NCBI GenBank assembly: GCA_010015805.1
Contig: ML978130.1
Location: 806,001 to 870,000, forward strand
Reading direction: 5' to 3'
Source: Rhizodiscina lignyota
Lineage: Eukaryota
DNA: 64,000 nucleotides
Part shown: piece after piece, positions 23,080 to 34,558 of the stretch
How positions within the stretch are numbered: the first letter of the stretch is position 1
Layout: every line of letters starts with the position of its first letter
Notes under the pieces: model-generated
Told to the model about the DNA's origin: nothing
Database searches by the model: none
What the model saw: the letters and a program-made list of their open reading frames with translations, nothing else
Made by a program: the position numbers and the translations under genes

Positions 23080-24364
23080 TTAGGAGAAGACAATGCCTCC
23101 ATCGACAATGATGCTTTGGCCAGTGATCTGGTTTGCTCTCTGGCTGGCTAAGAAGCTTACACAGTTCGCGATATCTGCTGGAGTCTGGTGAAGCTTATCA
23201 GTTGTCTACTGTTCCAATTTGCAAGGAGTACGAACCTGCGCTTTCTTGGATGCGGAACGGGCATTGACTGATTCTTCGAATGCTGTCTCCTTGGGCACAT
23301 TATTCCTCTTGGAAACTTCTGTGGCAATCTCATCCCACATCTGCGATAATGTAAGCGACTGGTTGCGACCGGGTCACAGTATCTGGACTCACATTTGTGT
23401 TGACGGGACCAGGACAGTACGCTTTGCTCTGGTTAACGTGAGGGAAGACTGAGAGCTGGGAAAGACTTGCCATTAACCTGAATTCCATACTTGGCCAGAT
23501 CCAAAGCCGCATTCTGAGTCATTCCTCTCACGGTCCATTTCGACACTGAGTACGGGAATGCGTTCCCACTCTAGATATTCGTCAGCCGAGCTCCTCGCGA
23601 ATCATGAACTGTGTATACTTACTGGCCTGTAAGCCGCAATTGATGCAGCTCCAATGATCTTTCCTCCTTTCCCTTGCTTGACCATCTGCTTGGCTGCGAG
23701 TTATGTCAGTCAAATGATCCGTAATGAGAAATGCTTTTGTTATGCTCACCTGCTTCACGGTAGCAGAGGAACGTGCCGCGAGCGTTGACCTTTTATGATC
23801 AGTCAAGACTGCTTGTTCGAGGGTGTGTGGACACCTTCTGCTCCGAAATGCTTACTGATTGGACTTTGTCGAAATCCTCGAGGGTGGTCTCAAGTAACGG
23901 TTTGACGATAATGATGCCAGCATTCGCAATAAAAATCTGAATGTGTGAGGGATGAGTGAGTACAGAGCGGGCCAGAATGTGGTATATACGGTTTAGAGTC
24001 AACATGACCTACGTTTAATTCCCCGAACTCTTTGACTGTAGAGGCTATCAAATTCTGGACATCTCCTTCCTTGCTGATATCGGCAATGATACATGTGGAC
24101 TTTCGACCTTGTTCGCGTTAAAATCCAAAGTGATCCAATCCATGCGGACGCGGCATACCTTTTGCTTCAATCTCGCCTTTGACACCTTCCAAGGGCGAAG
24201 TATTTGCTGGGATATCATTTATCTCAAAAATATTCTGTCAGTAATGGTTATTGCTTGGTTTCAACGAGGATACGAACCGCAACATCGTTTCCGTCATCAG
24301 CTAACTGTAGGGCAATTGCACGCCCGATCCCCCTGGACGCTCCTGTCACGATTGCTACTGGCAT
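23080..24364 (-). CDS. Short-chain dehydrogenase, acetoin/diacetyl reductase (meso-butanediol dehydrogenase)-like, 10 exons
   Basis: Manually spliced: MPVAIVTGASRGIGRAIALQLADDG, FIANAGI, GKIIGAASIAA, YSVSKWTVRGMTQ (YxxxK), VNAYCPGPVNT, QITGQSIIVDGG. Confidence 0.88.
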
Positions 24365-24955
24365 ACTGGGCTGTGGCTGTTACTGTTGGGTTCCTGTCTC
24401 GAGCAAGTTGACGTTTAGGTTTTCAACCATCAATGTCGCAAGAAATCTCGTGAGGAGGTCATCAAGCTCTCCCCGCTCGCCCGCCATGGCAATGTGGACG
24501 CCGCGCTTCCGCTAGTTGGCCGAGGACCCACGGATCCAACCTCGATGAAGTCATTTCATTGCTCAGAGGCATCTGTTTTGCTTTCAAGGAGGCAGCAGAG
24601 CACGTACTTGTCGTCTTCAAGTTGTGGTTGAGATTGTGACTTTCCAGACAGAGACACGAGCCACGGACGGGATTACAAGTACATATATGCACGCCACAGG
24701 GGGATCTCATGAAAATGCACGGAGAAATCTATCTTGCGGCTCTTGGATTGCTGTTTCAAAGTCCACACGTGATGCTCTTATCATGGATAAAGTCTCGGTC
24801 CAAAGAGGAAATAACCCCCGGATTCCGCATCCTTCAAAGCTATCTTTCAACAAGATCTCAACCCTAATGACATCCCATGGTTAGTGAGAATTTGATCTCA
24901 TATCGCTTTAATCACTTTTGATATTTGAAAGGTTTGAGGCCCTTGAGGTCCTGAT

Positions 24956-24997
24956 GAAGGTTGATGAAGGTACCGAAGGTTGATGAAGGTAGCGAAG
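24956..24997. repeat. 19-bp tandem duplication in a divergent promoter
   Basis: gaaggttgatgaaggtacc / gaaggttgatgaaggtagc / gaag. Confidence 0.7.
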
Positions 24998-25241
24998 CCC
25001 CATACCTCGGCGCAATTCCACTCGTTGGTGCGGGGACTTCGTTCAATGCGGCTTGAATGAGACTTTAAGGCATTGACCATAACCTATGAGATGATACGAA
25101 AGTCGCCAGAGAATGGCATCTCTGGGACTTAATACCTCATTCCCAGTCAACGGTCACATTCACCTGACCATCGATCTCTTCTCGTGCAACTGTGTATTTA
25201 GCACATACTCTGTACACAAGAAGCAGAGGATTCCATAAACA

Positions 25242-26135
25242 ATGGAAGTCGACCAGATCAAACAATTGTCATGGAGTGTCAAAACTTCGTACACTGCCTC
25301 CAGCATAATCACCTACAATATCGCTTTGGGCACTGATGGCAACGATCTGAGCCTCTGTTTCGAACGGCACCCCGATTTCCACCCACTTCCAACGTTTGGC
25401 AGCCTTCCGGTGGTAGCTGTAATGGGAGAGGTGACGAGGTCAATGCCAAAATTTCTAATCAATTTCGACCCCAGCCGACATGTTCATGGTGAGCACTTCC
25501 TGGAACTACGACGACCGTTTCCCAAGGAAGCCACGCTAGAGACTACAGCAAAGGTGCTCGACATTGTTAATCGCAGTAGTGGAGTTACTGTGTGCGTCGG
25601 CATCTGGACGAAGGATTTTGCAACAGGACATGAGATTTGCTACAATGAATGGACTTCCTTTATCATCAAAGCATCGGCGAAGGACGCCGCGACCAAGCCA
25701 ATCCCTCGAGGCGCTGCCACGGCATCTCATCCCGCGCCATCGCGAACGCCAGATGCTGTTCTCGAATACAGGACGACTCCTGAGCAGGGCGCACTGTATC
25801 GAGCAGCGTCCGGAGATCTGAATCCTCTTCACATTGACCCAGCTGTTGCAAAAGCTGGAGGATTTCCGGGGCCGATTCTGACAGGAACTTGCACAATTGG
25901 GATCGGTGTTCGGCATATTATCGAAGCATTTGCAAACGGAGACTCAAGTAAGTTTGAGAACGTAAAATTGAGACTGAGTAATGTCGTGTTTCCTGGTGAA
26001 ACTGTCAAGACGGAGATGTGGCGAGAAGATGGAGGCAGAAGGATCGTGTACAGGCAAGTCTCCGGAGAAGACAATAGGGTTGTGATTTCGCAGGCTGCTG
26101 TCGGATTGCGTGATGTTTCAAACGCACGATTATAA
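25242..26135 (+). CDS. Stand-alone (R)-specific enoyl-CoA hydratase 2 (MaoC double hot-dog), peroxisomal
   Basis: Hydratase-2 motif ALYRAASGDLNPLHIDP, VHGEHFL, VFPGET; C-terminal PTS1 -ARL. Confidence 0.88.
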   Translation: MEVDQIKQLSWSVKTSYTASSIITYNIALGTDGNDLSLCFERHPDFHPLPTFGSLPVVAVMGEVTRSMPKFLINFDPSRHVHGEHFLELRRPFPKEATLETTAKVLDIVNRSSGVTVCVGIWTKDFATGHEICYNEWTSFIIKASAKDAATKPIPRGAATASHPAPSRTPDAVLEYRTTPEQGALYRAASGDLNPLHIDPAVAKAGGFPGPILTGTCTIGIGVRHIIEAFANGDSSKFENVKLRLSNVVFPGETVKTEMWREDGGRRIVYRQVSGEDNRVVISQAAVGLRDVSNARL

Positions 26136-26234
26136 TACAATTTGGTATGCGCTGTTACCAAGACCGTTCAGCATCGATGTCATTCTAGGATCATCTCCGT
26201 CGCTGCAGGTGAAAGAGGTCTTCCACGATTCAAA

Positions 26235-27460
26235 TCAATGAGCTGCGCCATTAGATGAGCCTCCTAGCATCTCCTTAAGCACTGAGCAAATGGCATCGCC
26301 CATCTCTTTCGTTCCAGCCTTTCCACCAATATCACTGTCATGCATCAGTACCTTTGCATTTTCCCAGAGAAGTTAGACTTACCCAGTTCTGATTTCAAGC
26401 CCACCTTTGCTCTTATCATCGATTACCTTAGCAACCGCAGCCTCGATTGCATCGGCTTCCTTATACATAACAAAAGAAAATCTAAGCATCATGGCCAATG
26501 ACAGGATTTGCGCAGCTGGGTTGACAATGCCTGCACCCGTTAGCCATAGTGAACCTCGAATCGGCCTCTTAATTTACCTTTGCCTGAAATGTCTGGCGCG
26601 CTACCATGGATAGGCTCATAAATTCCCTTAACTGGCTTGTCCTTTGCCGGAATATCGCAAAGACTTGCACTCGGTAGGACTCCAAGGGTGCCTGTAAGTC
26701 CTCCTGCCTCGTCACTGAGCAAATCACCAAAGGTGTTGTCCGTAACTATCACGCCATTAAACGCGCGTGGATTCTTGATCATAATCATTGCTAGTGAATC
26801 CGCCAATTGGTGCTTCAGCGTCAGCTGTGGGTAGTGTTTCTCAAACACCTCACTGACGACTCGTCGCCATAGCCTCCCGCTTGCTAGAACATTGGCTTTA
26901 TCGGAGCTTGTTACTTGCAATGGTGGGTCATGTTGCAACGCCAAAGCAGCAGCAATATGTGCGCATCGTTCAACCTCCGGACGCGTATATAGCCAAGTGT
27001 CTTGAGCGGAATCGTTGTCTTCAAGCTTTGGTCCGAAATAAGCTCCTCCGCAGTTCTCCCGGACGAGCATGAAGTCTACGCCTTCGACAATTTCAGTCTT
27101 GAGTGGAGAAAGGTGGGTGAGAGACTTGGAGACGAAGGTGCAAGGCCGCAGATTTGCAAATGCCGCTGTTGCCTTTCGCAGAGTGAGCAGGCCCAATTCC
27201 GGATTTGGCCAGGAATGTCCCCATTCCGGACCTCCAGCGCTGCCAAAGAAGATTGCATCGGCCCAGTCTGTCGATAGTTTCACGACTTCATCTGTGACGG
27301 ATTTGCCGTGCTTGTCTATGCTGCAGCCACCACAGAGGTCATGCTTCAGCTCGAATTTCGTGCCGGTGGCCTCTTGGACAACGTCGAGAACTCGGAGAGC
27401 CTGCTCCATGACCTCGGGGCCGACGTGGTCTCCGGGCAAGACAAGAACCTTTTTCGACAT
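26235..27460 (-). CDS. 3-isopropylmalate dehydrogenase-family enzyme (Leu2B-type paralog), 3 exons
   Basis: [61 protein letters not shown]. Confidence 0.9.
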
Positions 27461-28540
27461 GATGAAAATGCTTTCCGAAACGGGCTAGTGCAGACGTTGG
27501 ACTGTGAGATGAAAATAAGTATTGAGTCTGAGATCAGACGGCAGAACAAGATATCCTGCTATTTCTAACTATGAGAAGATGATGACTATTTCATAGGAAA
27601 TGTAGAAGGTTCAAAAGGCTCTGAATGAGACTCTTCCTTTTGAGCTGGATAAGACTTCTCCGACATCGCAGGAGCGAAGGCCGCGGGGACGGAGGGTTTG
27701 GACGCGAGCTTGTGCGGGGATCAGCCCGAGCATCCGAACAACTGCCATGCCTCGCGCTATTATTGTAGAGATTCTGGACGTCGCAACAGTGGGAGGTACA
27801 ATTGGGCAACAGTTTGATGTTGGGAGCTGTTCAACGAGCATGTCGTGGAGGAGAAGATTTTTCCAAGATCAGACGAAACGCCACTCGCCTAAAATCGGCC
27901 AGGGCAAGGAGGCGGTCAAAGGAAAGCTTTGAAGCCAATCATTTAAGGCATCGATGAAACAAATTCAGAGAAGAGCCTATTTCTTTTGGGGCGCTGTGGG
28001 ACAAGCGCACGAGTAAAGGGAGAAACGCGTCCTGACGCGTCCCTATCGATACGACATCGGCGCACGCTCGGCGCCTCTTCTTGGCGGGCACTGTGCGCCT
28101 CATCCCCATCTACCGCCCTTGCGGCTACTTCCCCTCTTCAATCCTATAGCCGTCATATTCCCCCCCAAAGCCGTTGCGTGAAAGCCGTCAAGGCATATGG
28201 GAAGACGAGAATAAGGCCATATCCCGTTACCCCGTAGAGTAGGTATTCATCAAACCCGTTCCTTTCGGGAACGCTTCCGTGCGCGTCCACGAGCCTCTGA
28301 GCCTTGCAACCTCCGGTCCAGAAAAGACTGACAAACTCCCTCGTTTCATTAAATATCTTTACGAATTGTTTAACAATTTGGTCTATGCTGCCTGGCCACA
28401 TACTCATCAAAGTTTGCTTCTCCTCAGCCCCTTGTATTTGAACAGATCGATTAGCCTCCTCACTGGAACGATCAACTTTATAAAGTATATGTCTAGAGCA
28501 GCGTTCGAGATCCTCTAGACCCCGAAAGCACCTCAGAGTC

Positions 28541-29323
28541 ATGGCAGGACTCCTCCGGAACAAGTTTGTGGCTATCACGGGAAGCTCATCAGGGATTGGT
28601 CGAGCCACAGCAATTGCTTGTGCTAAGCAAGGTGGAAATCTGTTATTGCATCATCTTGGTGATTCCCGCGCAAAAGAGGACATTGCCACACTCCAGAAAG
28701 AATTAAAATCTATCGATCCGAAATTGGAATATGTCGACCACGGAGGCGATCTCACTCAACTTGGCGTCTCGGAAGCGCTGGTCAAGAAGGCAAAGGACTC
28801 ATTCGGAACGCTTGATGTCTTAGTCAACAACGCTGGCATCTGCAAGTTTGACGACTTCCATGCAGTTACCCGGGAGACTATGGATAGGCATCTTGCTGTA
28901 AACACCATTTCACCATTCTTCTTAACGCAGGCGGCTACGAGGTTGATGAAGGAGGGCGGACATGGTGGGAGCGTCGTCAACATCGCATCCATAACAGCGA
29001 CACAGGGCTCCTCCCAATTAACTCATTACGCTGCAACGAAGGCGGCTATCTTGGGCTTCACTTTCTCGGCCGCCGTGGCTTTGGGTCCAGATGGAATCAG
29101 GTTCAACAGCGTCTGTCCGGGGACGACCGAGACCAGCATGAACAAGGATGATCTAGACAAGGACGACAAGAGAACGAAGATGGCACTAGCAGTACCACTC
29201 CGACGGCTTGGAAAGCCAGAAGATATTGCTGGAGCGGTGGTTTTCTTTGCTAGCGACTTAGCCGCTTATGTCTCTGGCCAGTCGCTTATCGTTGACGGTG
29301 GCGCTAGCATCAACTATCAGTGA
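28541..29323 (+). CDS. SDR sugar 1-dehydrogenase, L-rhamnose-1-dehydrogenase (LRA1)-like, intronless
   Basis: MAGLLRNKFVAITGSSSGIG, NNAGIC, THYAATKA (YxxxK), PGTTETSMNKDDL, C-terminal VDGGASINYQ resemble fungal LRA1. Confidence 0.8.
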   Translation: MAGLLRNKFVAITGSSSGIGRATAIACAKQGGNLLLHHLGDSRAKEDIATLQKELKSIDPKLEYVDHGGDLTQLGVSEALVKKAKDSFGTLDVLVNNAGICKFDDFHAVTRETMDRHLAVNTISPFFLTQAATRLMKEGGHGGSVVNIASITATQGSSQLTHYAATKAAILGFTFSAAVALGPDGIRFNSVCPGTTETSMNKDDLDKDDKRTKMALAVPLRRLGKPEDIAGAVVFFASDLAAYVSGQSLIVDGGASINYQ

Positions 29324-29917
29324 ATCCATCAAGTACGCCAGCGATTGCTATGAACTCATTTCCTCGCCTATTTGATATGCTTTGTTGCACGGTCAACAGC
29401 GGTGTAAGACCATTGTCCAGCCGGATGAGTTGTGCCGGACGATCGCTTGGATCCACAGTCACCTGGCTCCGGGGCATGTTCATGCAACATCATGTTTGAC
29501 TCGCTTACATACACTGCCGATCTAACCAGTCGTTCGCATCCCCAGAATCGTTGAAAGGGACTTCAAAGGATTTCAGGGCCTTCTCCGCAAATGCGGAGAT
29601 ACTTAGCGTTTCCACACGTGACACGAGTCATTGCACAAAGCTTGTGTTTGCCATATAACCGGTAACGGGTATCAGGCATTCATCAACTTCATGGGGTGGT
29701 AAGGGTTGGATGGCCATGATTGTATCGTGATACTGGGGTCTATTAAAAGGGATAAGGATCGCCCATGGAAGGCCCACAATTTGGATTCTTAAGTTGTGGA
29801 GAAGACCTTTCCTTCCTTTGCATTTCAACATATTTGAACTGTCATTTATCTGATTTCGCTGCGTCTCCATCTCTGTATCACTTCTATCTCGAGCAATTCT
29901 GACGACTTCCAACAACC

Positions 29918-31678
29918 ATGGCCCCACGATTGGAAGGAGGATGGCTGACCGTCGGAATCACATTCACTTGTGGTATGGCCTTCATGTTGTTTGGATATGA
30001 TCAAGTAAGGCTCTATATATTCCAACTGCACCAGAAGTGGCCAAGTAAGCTAATTTAAGATCTAGGGAGTATTTGGCGGTCTGCTCAGCAACAAGCTGTT
30101 TCTGAGGACCTTCGGTAACCCTGATGCAACTATCCAAGGCCAAATCGTCTCGACGTACGACATTGGCTGTGTAAGTTATCTAAGATCCATGAGCGTTGCG
30201 GCGGTGATTTTACTTTCTCTAACGTTGCGTAGATAATTGGTGCGCTATCTTCCATTTTCGTGGCAGACAAACTCGGCAGGCGAAGGTCAATTCAACTGGG
30301 TAAGTTTGGATTTGTTGATGTTCCATTAGGACGTGTCCTAACCTTTCACTAGGCTGTTGCTTCGTTGTAGTCGGCGGATTGCTTCAGGCTACCGCATTCG
30401 GCCTCCCTCAGATGATTATCGGCCGTATCGTTGCAGGCTGCGGCACCGGTTTCAACACGACAGCTGTTCCAATCTACCAATCTGAAACCAGCAAACCCAC
30501 TGAAAGAGGCAAACTGATCGTACTTCAGCTCGTCCTCGTGCTATTCGGCATTGTGATCACGAATTGGATGAATTTCGGCTTCACCTGGGTCCCCAACAAC
30601 GATGTGAGCTGGAGGTTTCCACTGGCATTCCAGGATTTCTTTGCCATCGTCACCATCTTCCTTCTTTACATCATGCCCGAATCGCCAAGATGGCTCTGCC
30701 TTAAAGATCGCCATGAAGAAGCGCGAGTGGTTATATCAAAGCTCCTTGCCAAGCCTGTCGACGATTCCGAGGTCAACGAATCCCTTGAGTTGATGATCGA
30801 TAGCATCAGCCGCGAGCGATCAATGGCAAAGGTCGGCCTCCGCGAGATTTTCTCGAATGGCAGACATCAGACCTTCCGCCGCATTGCGCTAGGTGCTGGC
30901 ACGTCTTTCATGCAGCAAATCGGCGGCACAAATGTCATAGTGTACTACTTGCCGGTCCTTCTGGTTGATTCATTTGGTTTCAGCCAACGCTTAGCCCTGA
31001 TCCTCTCCGCTGTCGACTCAATCTCACTCATGATCTGGGGCTCGGTAGCATCTTTACTTATCGATCGCGTCGGTCGCAGAAAGCTTATGCTTTTCGGAGC
31101 CTTCGGTAACGCCATTTTCTTTGCCATTGCTGCGGCAGGCCTTAGCCAAGACACTAGAGGATGGAACGCGGTTGCAGTGACCGCAATTTTCCTTTACTAT
31201 GTCACCTACGTAAGTCTTCAAGATCGATAACCCCTGAAAATATAACACTGATCAGAATTAGGGTCTCTCCTTCCTGAGCATTCCATTTATGTACCCATCA
31301 GAGATCAACTCCCAACGCATGCGCAACACTGGGTCCGCCATTGCCATGATCACCAATTGGTTGTTCGTGTACGTTGTCGTCCTGATTACGCCGACCGGCG
31401 TCCAGAACATAGGCTGGAAGTTCTACATCATCTTTGCGGTCATCAATTTCTCGTTCCTCCCCTTGATCTGGTACTACTACATTGAAACAGCCAACATGAG
31501 TCTGGAAGAGATTGACCGCATGTTTGAGATCAAGTATGATGCCGGGAAGGAAATGACGTACAAGCAGGCTGCGAAGCGTGCCAGGGAAGAAGTCGAAGTG
31601 ACGAGACTGCAGATTGCTGAAGGCCAGAAGGCAAAGGATGGAGTGACGTATACGATCAGTCACACAGAGAAGGCATAA
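29918..31678 (+). CDS. MFS sugar porter (STL1-like polyol/sugar:H+ symporter), multi-exon
   Basis: LFGYDQG, DKLGRR, GRIVAG, PIYQSE, WRFP, PESPRWL, QQIGGTNVIVYY, DRVGRR, YPSEI, IET motifs. Confidence 0.92.
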
Positions 31679-32331
31679 AGGGGGGAGAAGTTGGAAGAAT
31701 GGGTCATCTTCCGGCATGCTCAACCGGGCAGCAAATCGCGCTGAGAAACTAGAATAAGGGGTGTTATCTCATTATCTCTCCAAAGAACATGTACATAAAA
31801 CAATTTCAGTGTTACTTTGAACATCATACAGACCGCCTGGAGCCCGTGAATGCTAGAGCTTGAGAGAACGATCCAGCTTGCCAGATGGGCCGGACTTGTC
31901 GTCAATACAAGTCGGTGACTTTATTAAAAGCCCGGAGACGGCCTCTCGGCAAGAATGTGGAGTGGCGTCGCCCAATGTGGGGTAGACACCTGAACGCCCA
32001 AAATTGCTTCTCTTCGTCGGCTTTATGCTCATTGCCCAATAACCCCTTATCCGCCGCCAGTGAACCGTTCTCCGCATTTGGAGCATGTGAACAGCAAACA
32101 CCGTGACTAGCCCCTCCCCGTCGTGCGGAATCGCTGGAGCGTTCGCAGCGGGAAAAGCTTCATGAATGCCATTCAAAGTGTTCGTCGATTAGAGCTCTCG
32201 TATGTGAAGTTTATTTCCCTCCCGTCTTCTTCCTCTGCTATTTCACTCGTCTCGATCTATCATCGCATAGCACTGTCTCTAGTGCAGCCCCTTTTGGAGT
32301 CTCATAACGAATTATTCGTTCACGCACAACA

Positions 32332-33352
32332 ATGACCGCAACAGCCGGCATCACACTGCAGAGGACGACTGACTCGTTCTTGCATAATAATGTGTTCGAT
32401 CTTTTCTCTCTCAAAGATCGAGTTGTTGTGATCACTGGTGGAGCGAGAGGCATCGGTCTTGCACTTGCATTTGCTGTTGCTGAGGCAGGAGGACAAGTTG
32501 CAATCCTAGACGCTGCTCCAGATACCCATGAGCATTATAAGCTGCTTCAAGAGAGATGCTCGAAAGTAAAATACTACCAGTATGTGACAAGTAATTAGTC
32601 CTTGTTTCACGTGAGCTTGTAGCTGAGTCCGCAAATCCAGGTCAGATGTCACAGATTATGACAGACTGAAGGGCACATTTGTCGACATAGTTGAAGATTT
32701 TGGTCGCATAGATGGCCTGTGAGAGATATCTATTGATGTTTATCAGAGTTTTGATCTCTAATTTGAGAATAGTATCACCGCAGCCGGGATCTGTCCAGAT
32801 CAACCTTTTCTCGAGCGAGATCCGAAGAGCGTAGAGCGTTGCTTCAAGATTAATACCCTGGGGACGTATTACTGTGCTCAGCTTGCAACAAAGCAGATGG
32901 TGAAGCAAGGGAAGCGAACTTCAGCACCAACATCGAGTGCTGGCTCAATCGTGATGATTGCCTCCATCGCTGCTCACCAGGCGAGTAAGGGACAGTTCAC
33001 CAGCGATTATTGTTCAAGCAAGGGCGCAGTTCTTGCACTGGGCCAGCAGCTAGGAGCAGAATTGGCACCGGTTAATGTGAGGGTGAACTGCATATCCCCT
33101 GGGTAAGACGATCCTCCCGACGGCCATCAAGATGCTAAATCCAAACCATTTAGGTATATCATGACAGATATGACACTAGACATTGCCGATACTCGACCCG
33201 AATTGGCCCAGATCTTTGTCACGGAACCGCCAACGAAGCGAATGGGAGACCGAACTGACTTGAAGGGAGCGGCAGTTTACCTGCTCAGTGACGCAAGTGC
33301 ATATATGACTGGAGGAGAGCTGCTTATCACTGGTGGCATGCACGTAAATTGA
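32332..33352 (+). CDS. SDR, D-arabinitol 2-dehydrogenase/sorbose reductase-like, 4 exons
   Basis: LFSLKDRVVVITGGARGIG, ITAAGI, IASIAA, DYCSSKGAV (YxxxK), VNCISPGYIMT, YLLSDASAYMTG. Confidence 0.88.
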
Positions 33353-33756
33353 ACAATGAGATTCCTGTCCTGATTGAGTGTGCTCTATCCATGGCCTCTA
33401 TTCTACAGCGGAACCACGAGAGATTATCACGTGCACAAGGGGTTCCAACCTCACTAGGCATCAAAGTTACTTTTCTTGAGAGAGAAATATTTTAAGCACG
33501 ATACATAAACTTGGGCAAGAAAGGGCCCATTTTGCACCAAGGGAATTTAGCGTGCCACTTGCATGTGGTATGCACTCTGCAGAGAGGGGCTGGCGCCACC
33601 ATTGCCTTAGGATATAGCCGACGGTTAACGTTCGCCGGAACTCTTCGTTGTGAACATTATTACTGTTTACGGAGCACTGAGAATCAATATAAATCGGACA
33701 AGAAAAGAATTATACTTTTATAGGGGAGAAATTTCAGTCTCAAAAGTTCATTCAAA

Positions 33757-34317
33757 ATGCCTGAAATTACACACAATCGCGTATTCAACCATGTTGCCGT
33801 TTCTGTAACTGACGTGGATGCCACTGTCGCGTGGTACTCGAAGGTGATCCATGCCATCTCATAACTGAAAGAAAAGAAATACTGATAGAAATAGGTGTTT
33901 GGCTTCAAGTTACTTGGGAAAATTACACACATTAAGCGTTCTGAGGCACCTGATGGCGCGATCTTTAGCATCTACCCGGAGAATCTCAATGAGGTGAAGC
34001 TCGCATACATGGCGACGGGCAACGGCGTCGGTTTCGAGATCTTTGAGTTTATCGATCCAAAACCAGAGCCGCAAGAGAGTTTTGCGTACCACAAGACTGG
34101 ATTCTTTCATGTATGCGTCACAGATCCAGATCCTGATGCGTTGGCGGACAAGGTTGTGGCGGAAGGTGGGAAGAGAATAGGGGTCACTGTGAACCCTGCG
34201 GCGAAGACAGCGGCTGGTCAGCCTGTGAAGTGTCTCTATACTGCAGATCCTTGGGGGCATGTTGTAGAGATTTTGGATGTCTCGTTTGAGTGGCTGGGGT
34301 GTAGGACTGCCTACTAA
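33757..34317 (+). CDS. VOC-superfamily (glyoxalase/bleomycin-resistance/dioxygenase) protein, 2 exons
   Basis: FNHVAVSVTDVD...WYSKVFGF, GFEIFEF, GFFHVCV, DPWGHVVEI; His/Glu/His/Glu metal-ligand pattern. Confidence 0.88.
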
Positions 34318-34558
34318 ACTCTGAGGCTGTTGAGAGAGCGGAAGAAGGTTCCTTGTGGATAGGGCGTCATTGCGGCCCACTAAATATTTCGCATATAAGC
34401 GAATGCAAGGGATATCGGCATTACAATATCGAACCTTTGTATCGAATTTTGAACTTTGGATTTTCAACTATTTGATTGATATGCTCAGGCTTCCTATTGA
34501 TCTCTGGTTAAGGCCCTTCTATCGTTGTAGCAAACCCACGATTCGCTCGGCTTCAAGC

